From: Candidatus Falkowbacteria bacterium RIFOXYD12_FULL_34_57
GTDB lineage: Bacteria; Patescibacteriota; Patescibacteriia; Patescibacteriales; UBA12075
Reading direction: 5' to 3'
Assembly (NCBI GenBank): GCA_001780285.1
Contig: MFGN01000005.1
Span: 74,200 to 138,199, forward strand
Length of the DNA: 64,000 nucleotides
Shown one piece after another: positions 35,058 through 44,589 of the stretch. Made by a program: the position numbers and the translations under genes. Within the stretch, counting starts at the first letter, position 1, and each line of letters starts with the position of its first letter. The notes below the pieces were generated by a model, which worked only from the letters and a program-made list of their open reading frames with translations, was not told the origin of the DNA and made no database searches.

Positions 35058-36110
35058 ATGGAAAACACATTACAGGGAAACATGAATCAAAACATATCCT
35101 TAGGCCAGAATAGATTAAAGGAAGAAGATATAGTTATTCATACTATGCCGAAAATATTTTCTTCTGTTTTTGGTGTCAATAAATCAGGAGAAAAGGCTAA
35201 AAGTGTGGGTTTGTTTGTTTTAATTGGAGGAATTTTTTTATTAATTTGTGTACTTGGATTCTTTTATTATTTTTTAACAAAAGGAGAAAAAATAACAATA
35301 AACGAACAGGGTTTATTGGAAATTACTAAGAATGTCCAACCCGCTACAACAGGAAAAGATCAAGAATTAACACCCAAAGAAATATCTTCCGCTTCTCAGG
35401 TAATTCCAGAGAAAAATCAACAAGAAGTTAGTAAGATTTTAGAAGAAAAAGCCACCTCTACCCTTGAGATTTTAGAGTCAAATACAGAGAACCCTCAAAT
35501 TACCACCTCTACCCCGCCCCAAAAAGCCACATCCACAATTCCAAAAACACAAAACAGAATAGTGGTGGATACCGACCAAGACGGATTATCAGATATAGAG
35601 GAGGTGATACTTGGAAGTAATGCGAATTTAAAAGACAGCGACGGGGATGGTTATGCAGATTTAACAGAGACACTTGGCTTATATAATCCGGCAGGAGAAG
35701 GTAATATTTTAGTTAATTCCAGCATTGAGAAATATACAAACTCTAAGTATAAATATTCTTTATATTATTCTTCTTTTTGGCCAATAGAAACTATGGGAGG
35801 GGAAGAATCTATTATGTTTAAATTGAATAATAATCAGTTTATTAATATCATAATAGAGCCCAATGAAGATCAGTTAAATATAAATGAATGGTACCAAAAA
35901 CAATTTAATAATATACTAATTAAACCAGAACAAGTAGTTAGCAAAAAGGGTTGGACCGGAATAAAAAGCGATGATGGTTTGATTGTTTACCTGATGCATC
36001 CAATGAGTAATAATATATTTGTTTTATCTTATAATTTAGGCTTGGAAGCAACAGAGAACTATAAAAATATATTTAAAATGATGATAGAGAGTTTGAGGTT
36101 GGAAGAATAA
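35058..36110 (+). CDS. Single-pass membrane protein with TSP3-like repeats and an uncharacterised C-terminal domain
   Basis: TM helix VGLFVLIGGIFLLICVLGFFYYFL; DTDQDGLSDIEE, DSDGDGYADLTE repeats. Confidence 0.7.
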   Translation: MENTLQGNMNQNISLGQNRLKEEDIVIHTMPKIFSSVFGVNKSGEKAKSVGLFVLIGGIFLLICVLGFFYYFLTKGEKITINEQGLLEITKNVQPATTGKDQELTPKEISSASQVIPEKNQQEVSKILEEKATSTLEILESNTENPQITTSTPPQKATSTIPKTQNRIVVDTDQDGLSDIEEVILGSNANLKDSDGDGYADLTETLGLYNPAGEGNILVNSSIEKYTNSKYKYSLYYSSFWPIETMGGEESIMFKLNNNQFINIIIEPNEDQLNINEWYQKQFNNILIKPEQVVSKKGWTGIKSDDGLIVYLMHPMSNNIFVLSYNLGLEATENYKNIFKMMIESLRLEE

Positions 36111-36214
36111 AAGTTATTCAAGTATTTGGATTTATAAACATTTTAGCATGATAATTTTTATATATTTAACCATAAAAGAGTTTTTGTTATTGATGTGTTA
36201 AAGTGATAATAGTT

Positions 36215-36631
36215 ATGATAGAAATAAATAATCAGACCAAGAGTAAAATTAACAATAATTTAATTAAAGAAACTGTTTTAGGTTTTTTAAAATATTTTAA
36301 AGTTAAAAAAGGGGAAGTGTCCATTGCTTTTATTGGAGATGCTAAAATGAGAAAGTTGAATAAAATATACAGGGGATGCGACAAAACCACCGACATCTTA
36401 TCTTTTTCCGAAGAAGAAAATAAAACCTATTTAGGAGAAGTGCTTATAAATTATAATCAAATAAAAAGACAAGCAAAAAAATATTCATCCAGCATAAAAG
36501 AAGAATTATTGTTTATATTGGTTCATGGCCTCCTGCATTTACTGGGTTACGAGGATGACACTGAGAAAGGAAGGGAAAAGATGAACGCGCTTGCTGATAA
36601 TTTTTTTAAAAATATAAAGTTGTCAAGATAA
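36215..36631 (+). CDS. ybeY: rRNA maturation endoribonuclease YbeY
   Basis: HGLLHLLGYEDD zinc motif and TDILSF. ATG at 36215 preferred to the GTG at 36203. Confidence 0.9.
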   Translation: MIEINNQTKSKINNNLIKETVLGFLKYFKVKKGEVSIAFIGDAKMRKLNKIYRGCDKTTDILSFSEEENKTYLGEVLINYNQIKRQAKKYSSSIKEELLFILVHGLLHLLGYEDDTEKGREKMNALADNFFKNIKLSR

Positions 36632-36652
36632 TAAAAAGCTATTTAAACTGCT

Positions 36653-37012
36653 ATGATTAATTTTTTAAGACTCATGAAAAGTTTTCAATATGCATTCCGT
36701 GGATTATTAAAAATTTTTAATGAAGAGCAAAATTTAAAAGTTCATTTATTAATAACTTTAGCGGTGCTTATATTTGGATTTATCTTCCATGTTTCGCGTT
36801 TTGATTGGATTATATTAATATTGATAATTAGTTTAGTATTTTTAATGGAAATAATAAACAGTGCTGTTGAAAGGGTCTCCGATGCTTTAAAACCTCGTAT
36901 TGATAATTATGTAAAAGAAATAAAAGATATTTCTGCAGCAGCTGTTATGTTTGCATCTATAATAGCTATCTTGGTGGGCGTATTAATTTTTTATCCTTAT
37001 ATAACACACTAA
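36653..37012 (+). CDS. dgkA: Diacylglycerol / undecaprenol kinase family protein
   Basis: 119 aa, three TM helices; FRGLLKIFNEEQNLKVH and EIINSAVERVSD motifs. Confidence 0.85.
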   Translation: MINFLRLMKSFQYAFRGLLKIFNEEQNLKVHLLITLAVLIFGFIFHVSRFDWIILILIISLVFLMEIINSAVERVSDALKPRIDNYVKEIKDISAAAVMFASIIAILVGVLIFYPYITH

Positions 37013-37096
37013 TTGTATTTTTATACTATACCCGCCTTAAGAAAAAAATTTAATAAAAAATATAAAAAAGCGTAAAAGACAAATTGTATAACTAGT

Positions 37097-37119
37097 GGTG
37101 TATAAAAAAATTATACAGT
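37097..37119. promoter_or_regulatory. Conserved 23-nt palindromic motif upstream of ftsA
   Basis: GGTGTATAAAAAAATTATACAGT; 21/23 identical to 38576-38598 upstream of ftsZ. Internal palindrome TGTATAA...TTATACA. Confidence 0.5.
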
Positions 37120-37161
37120 GGAATTGTTTATTGAATAATGATATAATAGAACTAAAGTATA

Positions 37162-37267
37162 TTAACACTTTAACATTTTAACATTTTAAAATGATAGAGG
37201 ATGGATATTTAACTATAAAATAATCTTTTATTATTTTAATATGCTAATATGCTAATATGATAAATTT
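37162..37267. repeat. Two 8-nt tandem word arrays immediately upstream of ftsA
   Basis: ttaacact/ttaacatt/ttaacatt/ttaaaatg (37162-37193) and taatatgc/taatatgc/taatatga/taaattta (37236-37267), abutting the ATG at 37268. Confidence 0.65.
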
Positions 37268-38527
37268 ATGAAAGAAACAATTATAGCCGGATTAGATATA
37301 GGTTCTACATCAATTAGATTGGTGGTCGGGCAACAAGTGAAAGATGATAATCAGCTTCAAATTATTGGCGCCGTAAGCGTTAAAGCTAAAGGAATCATCA
37401 AGGGGGCTGTAAAAAGCATAGAGGATGTTACATCTTCTATTTCAGAGTGTTTAGAAAAAGGCGAAAGATTGGTTGGTATCCCCATGGAAAGCGTTTGGAT
37501 TAGTATTAATAGTCCCTATATTAAGTGTGAGAAAAGCCGAGGGGTGGTAGCTGTTGGTAAAAGTGACGGAGAAATAAGCCAAGATGATGTAGAAAGAGCA
37601 TTAGAAGCGGCTAGGGCTTTGTCGGTTCCGCCTAACTATGAGATATTGCATGTTATTCCTATTAAATTTACAGTAGACAGCCAGGACGATATAAAAGATC
37701 CAATAGGCATGACCGGGGTTAGGCTTGAAGTAGAAACATTAATTATTCAGGGACTCTCCAGTCAAATTAAGAATTTAACCAAAGCTGTTTTTAGAACAGG
37801 TCTTGATATAGAAGATTTAGTTTTATCTCCTTTGGCTGCCGCAGAGGCGGTAATGGATTCAGAGCAAAAAGAATTGGGTTCAGCGCTTGTAAATATTGGT
37901 TTATCCACCACCAGTTTAGCGGTTTTTGAAGAGGGGGAATTGTTGCATACTGCGGTTATTCCTATCGGTTCCAGTCATATTACCTCTGATATAGCTATCG
38001 GACTTCGTTGCCCGATTAATTTAGCTGAAAAAATAAAGATAAAATATGGTTCAGCAAGTTCGGAAAATTTTAATAAAAAAGATGAAATTGATACAAGCGA
38101 ATTATTTGAAGATGGGGAGCAGGAAGAGGAAATCGGTATGGTGTCCAAAAAATATTTAGCAGAAATAATAGAGGCCCGCGTAGAAGAAATATTTGAAAAA
38201 ATTGATGAAGAATTTAAAAAAATAGATCGTTCAGGAATGCTTCCAGGCGGAGTTTTCTTAATAGGTGGTGGAACCAGGCTTCACGATTTGGTTAATGCGG
38301 CCAAGAAGAAACTTAGACTTCCTGTTTGTTTGGGCGCTAATAAAAAAATATCGACCATTATTGACAAAGTAAATGAAACTGAATTTTTAAATGCCTTAGG
38401 CCTAGTTGTTTGGGGTAGTCAGGTAATGAAAGACAATACCAAGGACGGTTTTAAAATATTTGGAAAAGACACTGTGGGTAAGATGACTCAAAAGGCAAAA
38501 GATTGGTTTTCCTCTTTAATCCCGTAA
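37268..38527 (+). CDS. ftsA: Cell division protein FtsA
   Basis: Actin-fold motifs GLDIGSTSIRLVVG and LIGGGTRLHDL; upstream of ftsZ. Confidence 0.93.
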   Translation: MKETIIAGLDIGSTSIRLVVGQQVKDDNQLQIIGAVSVKAKGIIKGAVKSIEDVTSSISECLEKGERLVGIPMESVWISINSPYIKCEKSRGVVAVGKSDGEISQDDVERALEAARALSVPPNYEILHVIPIKFTVDSQDDIKDPIGMTGVRLEVETLIIQGLSSQIKNLTKAVFRTGLDIEDLVLSPLAAAEAVMDSEQKELGSALVNIGLSTTSLAVFEEGELLHTAVIPIGSSHITSDIAIGLRCPINLAEKIKIKYGSASSENFNKKDEIDTSELFEDGEQEEEIGMVSKKYLAEIIEARVEEIFEKIDEEFKKIDRSGMLPGGVFLIGGGTRLHDLVNAAKKKLRLPVCLGANKKISTIIDKVNETEFLNALGLVVWGSQVMKDNTKDGFKIFGKDTVGKMTQKAKDWFSSLIP

Positions 38528-38575
38528 ATTATTTAAAGGTATAAAGTTAAAAGTCCATAAAATTTATAATTTATA

Positions 38576-38598
38576 GGTGTACAAAAAATTTATACAGT
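38576..38598. promoter_or_regulatory. Conserved 23-nt palindromic motif upstream of ftsZ
   Basis: GGTGTACAAAAAATTTATACAGT; second copy of the motif at 37097-37119. Confidence 0.5.
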
Positions 38599-38727
38599 AA
38601 TTGCAAGGGGTTCTTGATATATTTTTTTAAATATTGTAAAATAAGAGTAATAAATTTGTTTAGTTTTTTATATTTGTAAAATGTAAAATTAGGCAACTAA
38701 TTAACTAATATTTAGTATATTAATTAT

Positions 38728-39921
38728 ATGGCAGAAGTAAAACCAGCAGTAGAAACATTTGCTAAAATTAAGGTTGTTGGCTGTGGAGGAGCAGGCGGCA
38801 GTGTGGTTAACCGCATGGTTGATGCCGGTGTAAAAGGAGTAGAGTTTATTGCTGTAAATACGGATGTGCAGGCTTTGCACTATAATAAAGCGACTACAAA
38901 GCTGCATATTGGGAAATCTATTACCCGCGGACTTGGTGCCGGCATGAATCCTGATTTAGGCAGAGAGGCAGCAGAAGAATCACAAAATGAGATTAGGGAT
39001 GCGCTTAAAGATGCTGATATGGTTTTTGTGACTTGCGGTTTGGGTGGAGGAACCGGTACGGGGTGTTCGCCAATTGTGGCAGAAATTGCCAGAGACTTAG
39101 GAGCATTGACCGTAGCGGTAATTACCAAACCCTTTGCTTTTGAGGGTGCACAGAGAAGAAATATTGCCGAGCGCGGTTTAACCGAATTAACTGACAAAGT
39201 AGATACTATTATTACTATTCCCAATGATAAATTATTACAGGTTATTGATAAAAAAACAACATTACTAGACTCATTTTTTGTTGCAGATAAAATTTTGCAT
39301 CAAGGGGTGCAGGGAATTGCAGAGCTTATTACTATCCCAGGACTTATTAATGTTGATTTTGCCGATGTGAAAGCAGTAATGGCTAATGCTGGATCAGCTT
39401 TAATGGGTATCGGGCAGGCATCAGGAGAAAATAAGGCCATAGAGGCGGCAAAAGCCGCTATTAATTCCCCCTTACTTGAAATGTCTATTGATGGCGCTAG
39501 GGGGGTTTTGTTTACTATAACCGGAGGAATTAATTTGGGAATGAATGAAGTGAACGAAGCCGCTAAAATTATTACTGCAGCAGCCGATGATGATGCTAAA
39601 ATTATTTTTGGGGCAGTAATTGATGAAAAAATGAAAGATGAAGTTAAAATAACCGTTGTGGCTACTGGTTTTGATGGGCGAATCGGCGGAGAGTCTATAA
39701 ACAATGAAAGAAGTTATACAAAAAATAGCTTTATTGCCGAAGAAGAAAAAAAAGAAAAAAAAGAAGAAAGAGTAATGATGGAAAAAAAGAAAAATAAAGT
39801 TTCTCCCCTGAAAGCAGCTCAAGCCGAACCAGCTATAAAAAACAGAACAATAAAAGACTCTATTGAGAAAGAGGACGAAGAACTGGGAATTCCGGCATTT
39901 ATTCGGAAGAAGATGATGTAA
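38728..39921 (+). CDS. ftsZ: Cell division GTPase FtsZ
   Basis: GCGGAGGSVVNRM, GLGGGTGTGCSPIVAEIA (tubulin signature), T7 loop NVDFADVK, C-terminal conserved peptide LGIPAFIRKK after a Lys/Glu-rich linker. Confidence 0.97.
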   Translation: MAEVKPAVETFAKIKVVGCGGAGGSVVNRMVDAGVKGVEFIAVNTDVQALHYNKATTKLHIGKSITRGLGAGMNPDLGREAAEESQNEIRDALKDADMVFVTCGLGGGTGTGCSPIVAEIARDLGALTVAVITKPFAFEGAQRRNIAERGLTELTDKVDTIITIPNDKLLQVIDKKTTLLDSFFVADKILHQGVQGIAELITIPGLINVDFADVKAVMANAGSALMGIGQASGENKAIEAAKAAINSPLLEMSIDGARGVLFTITGGINLGMNEVNEAAKIITAAADDDAKIIFGAVIDEKMKDEVKITVVATGFDGRIGGESINNERSYTKNSFIAEEEKKEKKEERVMMEKKKNKVSPLKAAQAEPAIKNRTIKDSIEKEDEELGIPAFIRKKMM

Positions 39922-39947
39922 GATAAATATTTGTATACTAAAATATG

Positions 39948-39977
39948 AAAAATAAGACAATTTTGTCTTATTTTTTA
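39948..39977 (+). terminator. Intrinsic terminator after ftsZ
   Basis: TAAGACA-attt-TGTCTTA followed by TTTTTT. Confidence 0.75.
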
Positions 39978-40042
39978 ATTTAATTTGACCTTTTATTAAT
40001 TAAGATGTAAATTATAATTATAATTATTAAATTAAAATCGTT

Positions 40043-40555
40043 ATGAAAAATAATATAAATTTTGGAAGAGAGGGTGTTATTGATTCATCTTCCGAAGATT
40101 TAACGGAAGAATTAGAAGATAATCATGGTGAAATAATGGAAGTAGAACAGACAGAAGATTTAAATTTTAAACAGGAAAAAGAAATAAGCAACATAGTGCA
40201 GAAAGTCGCTGGTTTGATTGAGCAGCAGGGATTCAAAATATCCGATGGATTAATAAGCAATGAAGGCAAGCTGGAAAAAATGTGTAAAAAAATGGAAGCC
40301 GTGCATGGTATAAATGTGTCCCGCAAAAAAATAGTAATAGCGGCGCTTGAGCAGATATACAATGAACAGGGCGGTGTTTTTCCCGGAAACCTTCAATACA
40401 AATATGTAGATTTAGTGGCGGAAGACATAGAAAAAGAAGTAAAAAAAGGAAAAGATTTTATAGAGATAATGAAAAGTAAGTCGAAAGAATTAAGGGGAAA
40501 AGGAATCAGCATAGACAAAGAACTTAATCAGAGATTGAAAAATTTAAGAGCATAA
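40043..40555 (+). CDS. Hypothetical acidic protein
   Basis: 170 aa ORF with its own terminator; no family recognised. Confidence 0.4.
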   Translation: MKNNINFGREGVIDSSSEDLTEELEDNHGEIMEVEQTEDLNFKQEKEISNIVQKVAGLIEQQGFKISDGLISNEGKLEKMCKKMEAVHGINVSRKKIVIAALEQIYNEQGGVFPGNLQYKYVDLVAEDIEKEVKKGKDFIEIMKSKSKELRGKGISIDKELNQRLKNLRA

Positions 40556-40569
40556 ATTGAATTTAAATA

Positions 40570-40607
40570 AAAAAATCAACGATAATGGTATGCGTTGATT
40601 TTTTTAT
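40570..40607 (+). terminator. Intrinsic terminator
   Basis: ATCAACG-ataatggtatg-CGTTGAT followed by TTTTTTT. Confidence 0.75.
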
Positions 40608-40736
40608 TCCTATTTATAGGAATTCAATAAAATTATTGACACCTTACTTTGACAAAAATGATTAAATTTGGTAAAAATAGGGCACGAAAAAAGTACTTTA
40701 AAAATTTATGTAAAACTGCTAAAGGAGATAGTTGTC

Positions 40737-41417
40737 ATGGAAAATGAACACAGAATTGAGGAATTTAAGATTGGGAAGGATGCCTGGAGAGTTTTGAATT
40801 ATCAGGCGGAGTTTGTAAACGGAGTAAACAAATTGAATGAATTAGAGCTTGAAAAAGCTGTTACTATTTTTGGCTCAGCCCGGACTAGTCCGGAGAATAA
40901 TGATTATAAGACAGCTCAAAAGCTGGGATTTTTATTTGCTAAAAATAATTATGCTATTGTGACCGGCGGCGGCGGTGGTATTATGGAAGCCGCAAATCGC
41001 GGTGCGCATAAAGCAAAAGGAAAATCAGTGGGCCTGAATATTATTCTTCCCTTTGAACAAAAACCTAATAAATATTCGAATATCAGGATTGATTTTAAAT
41101 ATTTTTTTATTCGTAAAGTTAATTTAGTGCGTTATTCAAAAGCTTTTATTGTTATGCCCGGAGGTTTTGGCACCTTAGATGAATTATTTGAAGTGCTAAC
41201 GCTAATCCAGACCAAAAGAATGAAAAAATGTCCGATCGTTTTAGTGGGTAGCCAATATTGGCAAGGGCTTTTTGATTGGATCAAATCTTCGCTTTTGAAG
41301 CACGGGAATATTTCCGCAGAAGATTTGGGTTTGTTTAAAATATTGGATGATCCAAAAGAAATCTTTAAATTTATAAATAATTATAATCACTTAAAACGAA
41401 AAGGAGATAAAAATTGA
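40737..41417 (+). CDS. LOG family protein (TIGR00730 / lysine-decarboxylase-like Rossmann fold)
   Basis: TGGGGGIMEAANRGA and PGGFGTLDELFE motifs. ATG at 40737 has SD AAAGGAG upstream; the tracked TTG at 40668 is unlikely. Confidence 0.85.
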   Translation: MENEHRIEEFKIGKDAWRVLNYQAEFVNGVNKLNELELEKAVTIFGSARTSPENNDYKTAQKLGFLFAKNNYAIVTGGGGGIMEAANRGAHKAKGKSVGLNIILPFEQKPNKYSNIRIDFKYFFIRKVNLVRYSKAFIVMPGGFGTLDELFEVLTLIQTKRMKKCPIVLVGSQYWQGLFDWIKSSLLKHGNISAEDLGLFKILDDPKEIFKFINNYNHLKRKGDKN

Positions 41418-44362
41418 CAAAAAAACAAATAAAAAATGGTCAGAGGATTCATGGATTCATTGTGAGACGTATTGCTAATATAAAAGATATTCAGAGTATT
41501 TTTTATGAATTGGAACATGAAAAAACCGGAGCCAGATATATACATTTGGCTAACAGGGATACTGAAAATGGTTTTTGCACCCTGTTCAAGACGATTCCGC
41601 AGGATTCTACCGGCGTGGCGCATATTTTAGAGCACACAGTGCTTACCGGATCAGAAAAATATCCGGTAAGAGATCCGTTTTTTTCCATGACCAGGAGAAG
41701 CCTTAATACTTTCATGAACGCTTTTACCAGCTGCGATTGGACAGCCTATCCTTTTTCATCGGAGAATGAAAAAGATTTTTATAATTTATTGGATGTTTAT
41801 CTGGATGCGGCTTTTTTCCCGAATATTTCTGAACTTAATTTCAGGCAGGAGGGCCATCGTCTGGAATTCAATAAAGATACCGGCAAATTGGAATTCAAGG
41901 GGGTAGTATATAATGAAATGAAAGGCGCCATGTCTTCCGAGGACAGCATTATCGCCCATGAAATTCAATCTGCTCTTTTGCCGAGCGGCACTTATGCCTA
42001 TAATTCCGGAGGCGATCCGGATGTGATTCCCGATTTGACGCATGAGCAGTTAAAAGCATTTCATGCCAGGTTTTATCATCCTTCAAATTCCTATAATTTT
42101 TCTTATGGCAATTTCCCGTTGGAAAAGCACTTGGAAGTAGTTGATAGGGTTTTGTCCAGATTTGAAAAGATAGATCCGCGCGCAAAAGTGCCGCCTGAGC
42201 CGAGATGGAAAAATTCCAAGGAAATGGAATTTTATTATCCCTTGGGAAAAGATGAAGACCCCGGACAAAAATATCAGGCCGGATTAGCCTGGCTTACCGC
42301 CAGAACCGATGAACCATTCGAGGTTTTGAGTCTGGAATTTTTAAATGAGATACTTTTAGGAGATACCGAAGCTCCGCTTTATAAAGCTTTAGTCAATTCA
42401 GGACTAGGAACCTCTTTTATGGGCGGAGGCTTTGATGACGATTATTTTGATAAGATTTTTGTCTGCGGACTTAAAGGCATCAAAAGGAAAGACGCTAAGA
42501 AAGTGGAAGAAATAATTATGGATACGTTGCGCGGATTAGCGCAAAAAGGAATCAACAAGGAATTGATCGCGGCTGCTTTTAATAACTTTAAGATTTCCAG
42601 AAAAGAAATTTCCCGCAGCCATTATCCTTATTTTATCAGCTTGTTTTTCAGATTTGCTTCTTCCTGGATTCATGGCAGCGATCCTCTGCTGTGTCTGGAT
42701 TCGGATAAAGATATGGAAAAGCTTGATCAAAAAATAAAAGAAGGATTTTTGGAGAAGCAGATTGAAAAATATTTTCTTAATAATAAGCATATGTTATCCC
42801 TGCTGTTTGTTCCCGATCAGGAAATGAACGATTTTTTAGAACAGCAGGAGCAAAAAAGGCTTGCCCGCATTGAAGATGAATTAAGCTACGAAGATAGATT
42901 GCGGATCATGAAAACAGCTGAGGATTTGGAAAAATTGCAGGATTTTGATGAAGATTTATCCTGTTTGCCGACTTTGTCGTTATCAGACATTCCTGTTTCC
43001 GTTAAAACCAGCAAGGGCGTCCGCCTGTCCCATGATGCCGGGATCGTCAGATATAAAAAGCCGACCAACGGCTTGTGTTATGCTGATATTCTGTTCGATT
43101 TTGATATTGAAATGATAGATACTACTGTTTGGCCGCTTTTTCCTATTTTTTGCAGGGCGCTGCCGATAATGGGAACGAAAAATTTTTCCAGCGAATATAT
43201 GGTGCGCCTGATATCTAGATATACAGGAGGCATCAGCGCGGGACAGAGCATTATGCGGAAATTTGATTCTTCCCGGGAGCTTGTAAGCTTTTTTTCATTG
43301 GCTGTGCAGTGTCTGCCGGAAACTAAAAAAAACACATTTGATATCATTGAAGAGCTTTTGAATAATTTTTGTTTTGCAGATTTAGATAAGCTGAAAACCA
43401 TTATTTTGCAAATGAAAGACAGGATGGAGGAGGCAATTGTCGGAAACGGCCATGGTTTTGCTTATTCTTTGGCTAAACGAGGATTCGATAAGGAATTTAA
43501 AATACAGGAAATGTGGAGCGGCGTCCATAATTTAAAATTTTTAAAAGAGCTGGCGCGTGATTTAGACGAACAGAAATTAAAAAATATTGCGGAAGATTTG
43601 GTGTATTTGGGCAGATCAATAATCAATAGAGAAAAAATGCGTATTATTTTGGCGGCTAGCCGCGATCAGGACATCAAAGAACTTTCCGAACTGGCATTGA
43701 GGCTGAAAAAAAATATTCCCTTGAGATACGATCAAATTTATCATTTTGAAGATTTTAAACAAAATAATATGAAAGAATGCTGGACTACACCAACCAATGT
43801 TTCTTTTGTAGCTGATTGTTTCCGTGTTGCAGATATGAGAAATGAGGATGCTCCGGTACTGGATGTAATCGCCAAGGTCATGAAAAGCTGTTTTATACAT
43901 AAAGAAATAAGGGAAAAAGGCGGAGCCTACGGCGGTTATGCTGTTTATGATAAAGCGACCGGCATATTCAGTTTTCAGTCTTATCGCGATCCCAATATTT
44001 CTAAAACTATAAGTGTGTTCAGGGAAGGGGCGGTGGAATATATTTGCTCAGGAGATTTTCCGGAAGAAAAAGTTAAGGAAGCTATATTGCAGGTTTGTTC
44101 TGTTTTAGACCGGCCATCTTCTCCGCACGCAGAAGCATTCAGCGATTTTTATCGCAGAATAATCGGTTTGTCGGATGAGGCCAGAAAAGAATATAAAAAA
44201 AGGCTGTTAAGTGTTACCCGGAATGATATTATCATGACGGCTAAAAAGTATTTTACTGAAGGAGGTTTTCAAAATCGTTCTTTGGCGGTCATATCTTCAG
44301 ATAGCAAAATAGAAAAAGAAAACAAAAAAATGTCAGAACCTTTAGAAATTAGAAAAATATAA
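41414..44362 (+). CDS. M16-family zinc metalloprotease, PreP/M16C-like (~980 aa)
   Basis: HILEHTVLTGSEKYPVRDPFFSMTRRSLNTFMNAFT (HxxEH) and YNEMKGAMS. TTG start with AAGGAG 8 nt upstream; 4-nt overlap with the LOG gene. Confidence 0.85.
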   Translation: MTKKQIKNGQRIHGFIVRRIANIKDIQSIFYELEHEKTGARYIHLANRDTENGFCTLFKTIPQDSTGVAHILEHTVLTGSEKYPVRDPFFSMTRRSLNTFMNAFTSCDWTAYPFSSENEKDFYNLLDVYLDAAFFPNISELNFRQEGHRLEFNKDTGKLEFKGVVYNEMKGAMSSEDSIIAHEIQSALLPSGTYAYNSGGDPDVIPDLTHEQLKAFHARFYHPSNSYNFSYGNFPLEKHLEVVDRVLSRFEKIDPRAKVPPEPRWKNSKEMEFYYPLGKDEDPGQKYQAGLAWLTARTDEPFEVLSLEFLNEILLGDTEAPLYKALVNSGLGTSFMGGGFDDDYFDKIFVCGLKGIKRKDAKKVEEIIMDTLRGLAQKGINKELIAAAFNNFKISRKEISRSHYPYFISLFFRFASSWIHGSDPLLCLDSDKDMEKLDQKIKEGFLEKQIEKYFLNNKHMLSLLFVPDQEMNDFLEQQEQKRLARIEDELSYEDRLRIMKTAEDLEKLQDFDEDLSCLPTLSLSDIPVSVKTSKGVRLSHDAGIVRYKKPTNGLCYADILFDFDIEMIDTTVWPLFPIFCRALPIMGTKNFSSEYMVRLISRYTGGISAGQSIMRKFDSSRELVSFFSLAVQCLPETKKNTFDIIEELLNNFCFADLDKLKTIILQMKDRMEEAIVGNGHGFAYSLAKRGFDKEFKIQEMWSGVHNLKFLKELARDLDEQKLKNIAEDLVYLGRSIINREKMRIILAASRDQDIKELSELALRLKKNIPLRYDQIYHFEDFKQNNMKECWTTPTNVSFVADCFRVADMRNEDAPVLDVIAKVMKSCFIHKEIREKGGAYGGYAVYDKATGIFSFQSYRDPNISKTISVFREGAVEYICSGDFPEEKVKEAILQVCSVLDRPSSPHAEAFSDFYRRIIGLSDEARKEYKKRLLSVTRNDIIMTAKKYFTEGGFQNRSLAVISSDSKIEKENKKMSEPLEIRKI

Positions 44363-44371
44363 AAATAAAAT

Positions 44372-44410
44372 AAAAATTCCGGAAATAATTTTCGGAATTT
44401 TTTATTTTTT
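44372..44410 (+). terminator. Intrinsic terminator after the M16 protease gene
   Basis: AATTCCG-gaaataatttt-CGGAATT followed by a T-run. Confidence 0.75.
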
Positions 44411-44445
44411 ATACTTAATACTTTATATTTAACACTAAATCAGAG

Positions 44446-44462
44446 TTATCCACTTATACACA
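44446..44462 (+). promoter_or_regulatory. Two abutting DnaA-box-like 9-mers
   Basis: TTATCCACT (8/9 to TTATCCACA) overlapping TTATACACA (fits TTATNCACA), ~100 bp upstream of the nrdR promoter. Confidence 0.35.
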
Positions 44463-44551
44463 GGAGAGAAGTATTGATTTTTTAAAAAATGGTGTTATTA
44501 TTATAAATATCTAGTAAGTATTTTACTAAAATAAGCTTAAAAATAAAAGGG

Positions 44552-44579
44552 TTGACCCTACAACATGTTGTGGTATAAT
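44552..44579 (+). promoter_or_regulatory. Promoter of the nrdR-nrdD-nrdG operon
   Basis: TTGACC (44552-44557), 16-nt spacer, TATAAT (44574-44579). The spacer is NrdR box 1. Confidence 0.7.
44558..44573. promoter_or_regulatory. NrdR box 1
   Basis: CTACAACATGTTGTGG, a 16-nt palindrome of the acaCwAtATaTwGtgt type, lying between -35 and -10. Confidence 0.7.
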
Positions 44580-44589
44580 AATAGTAGAG

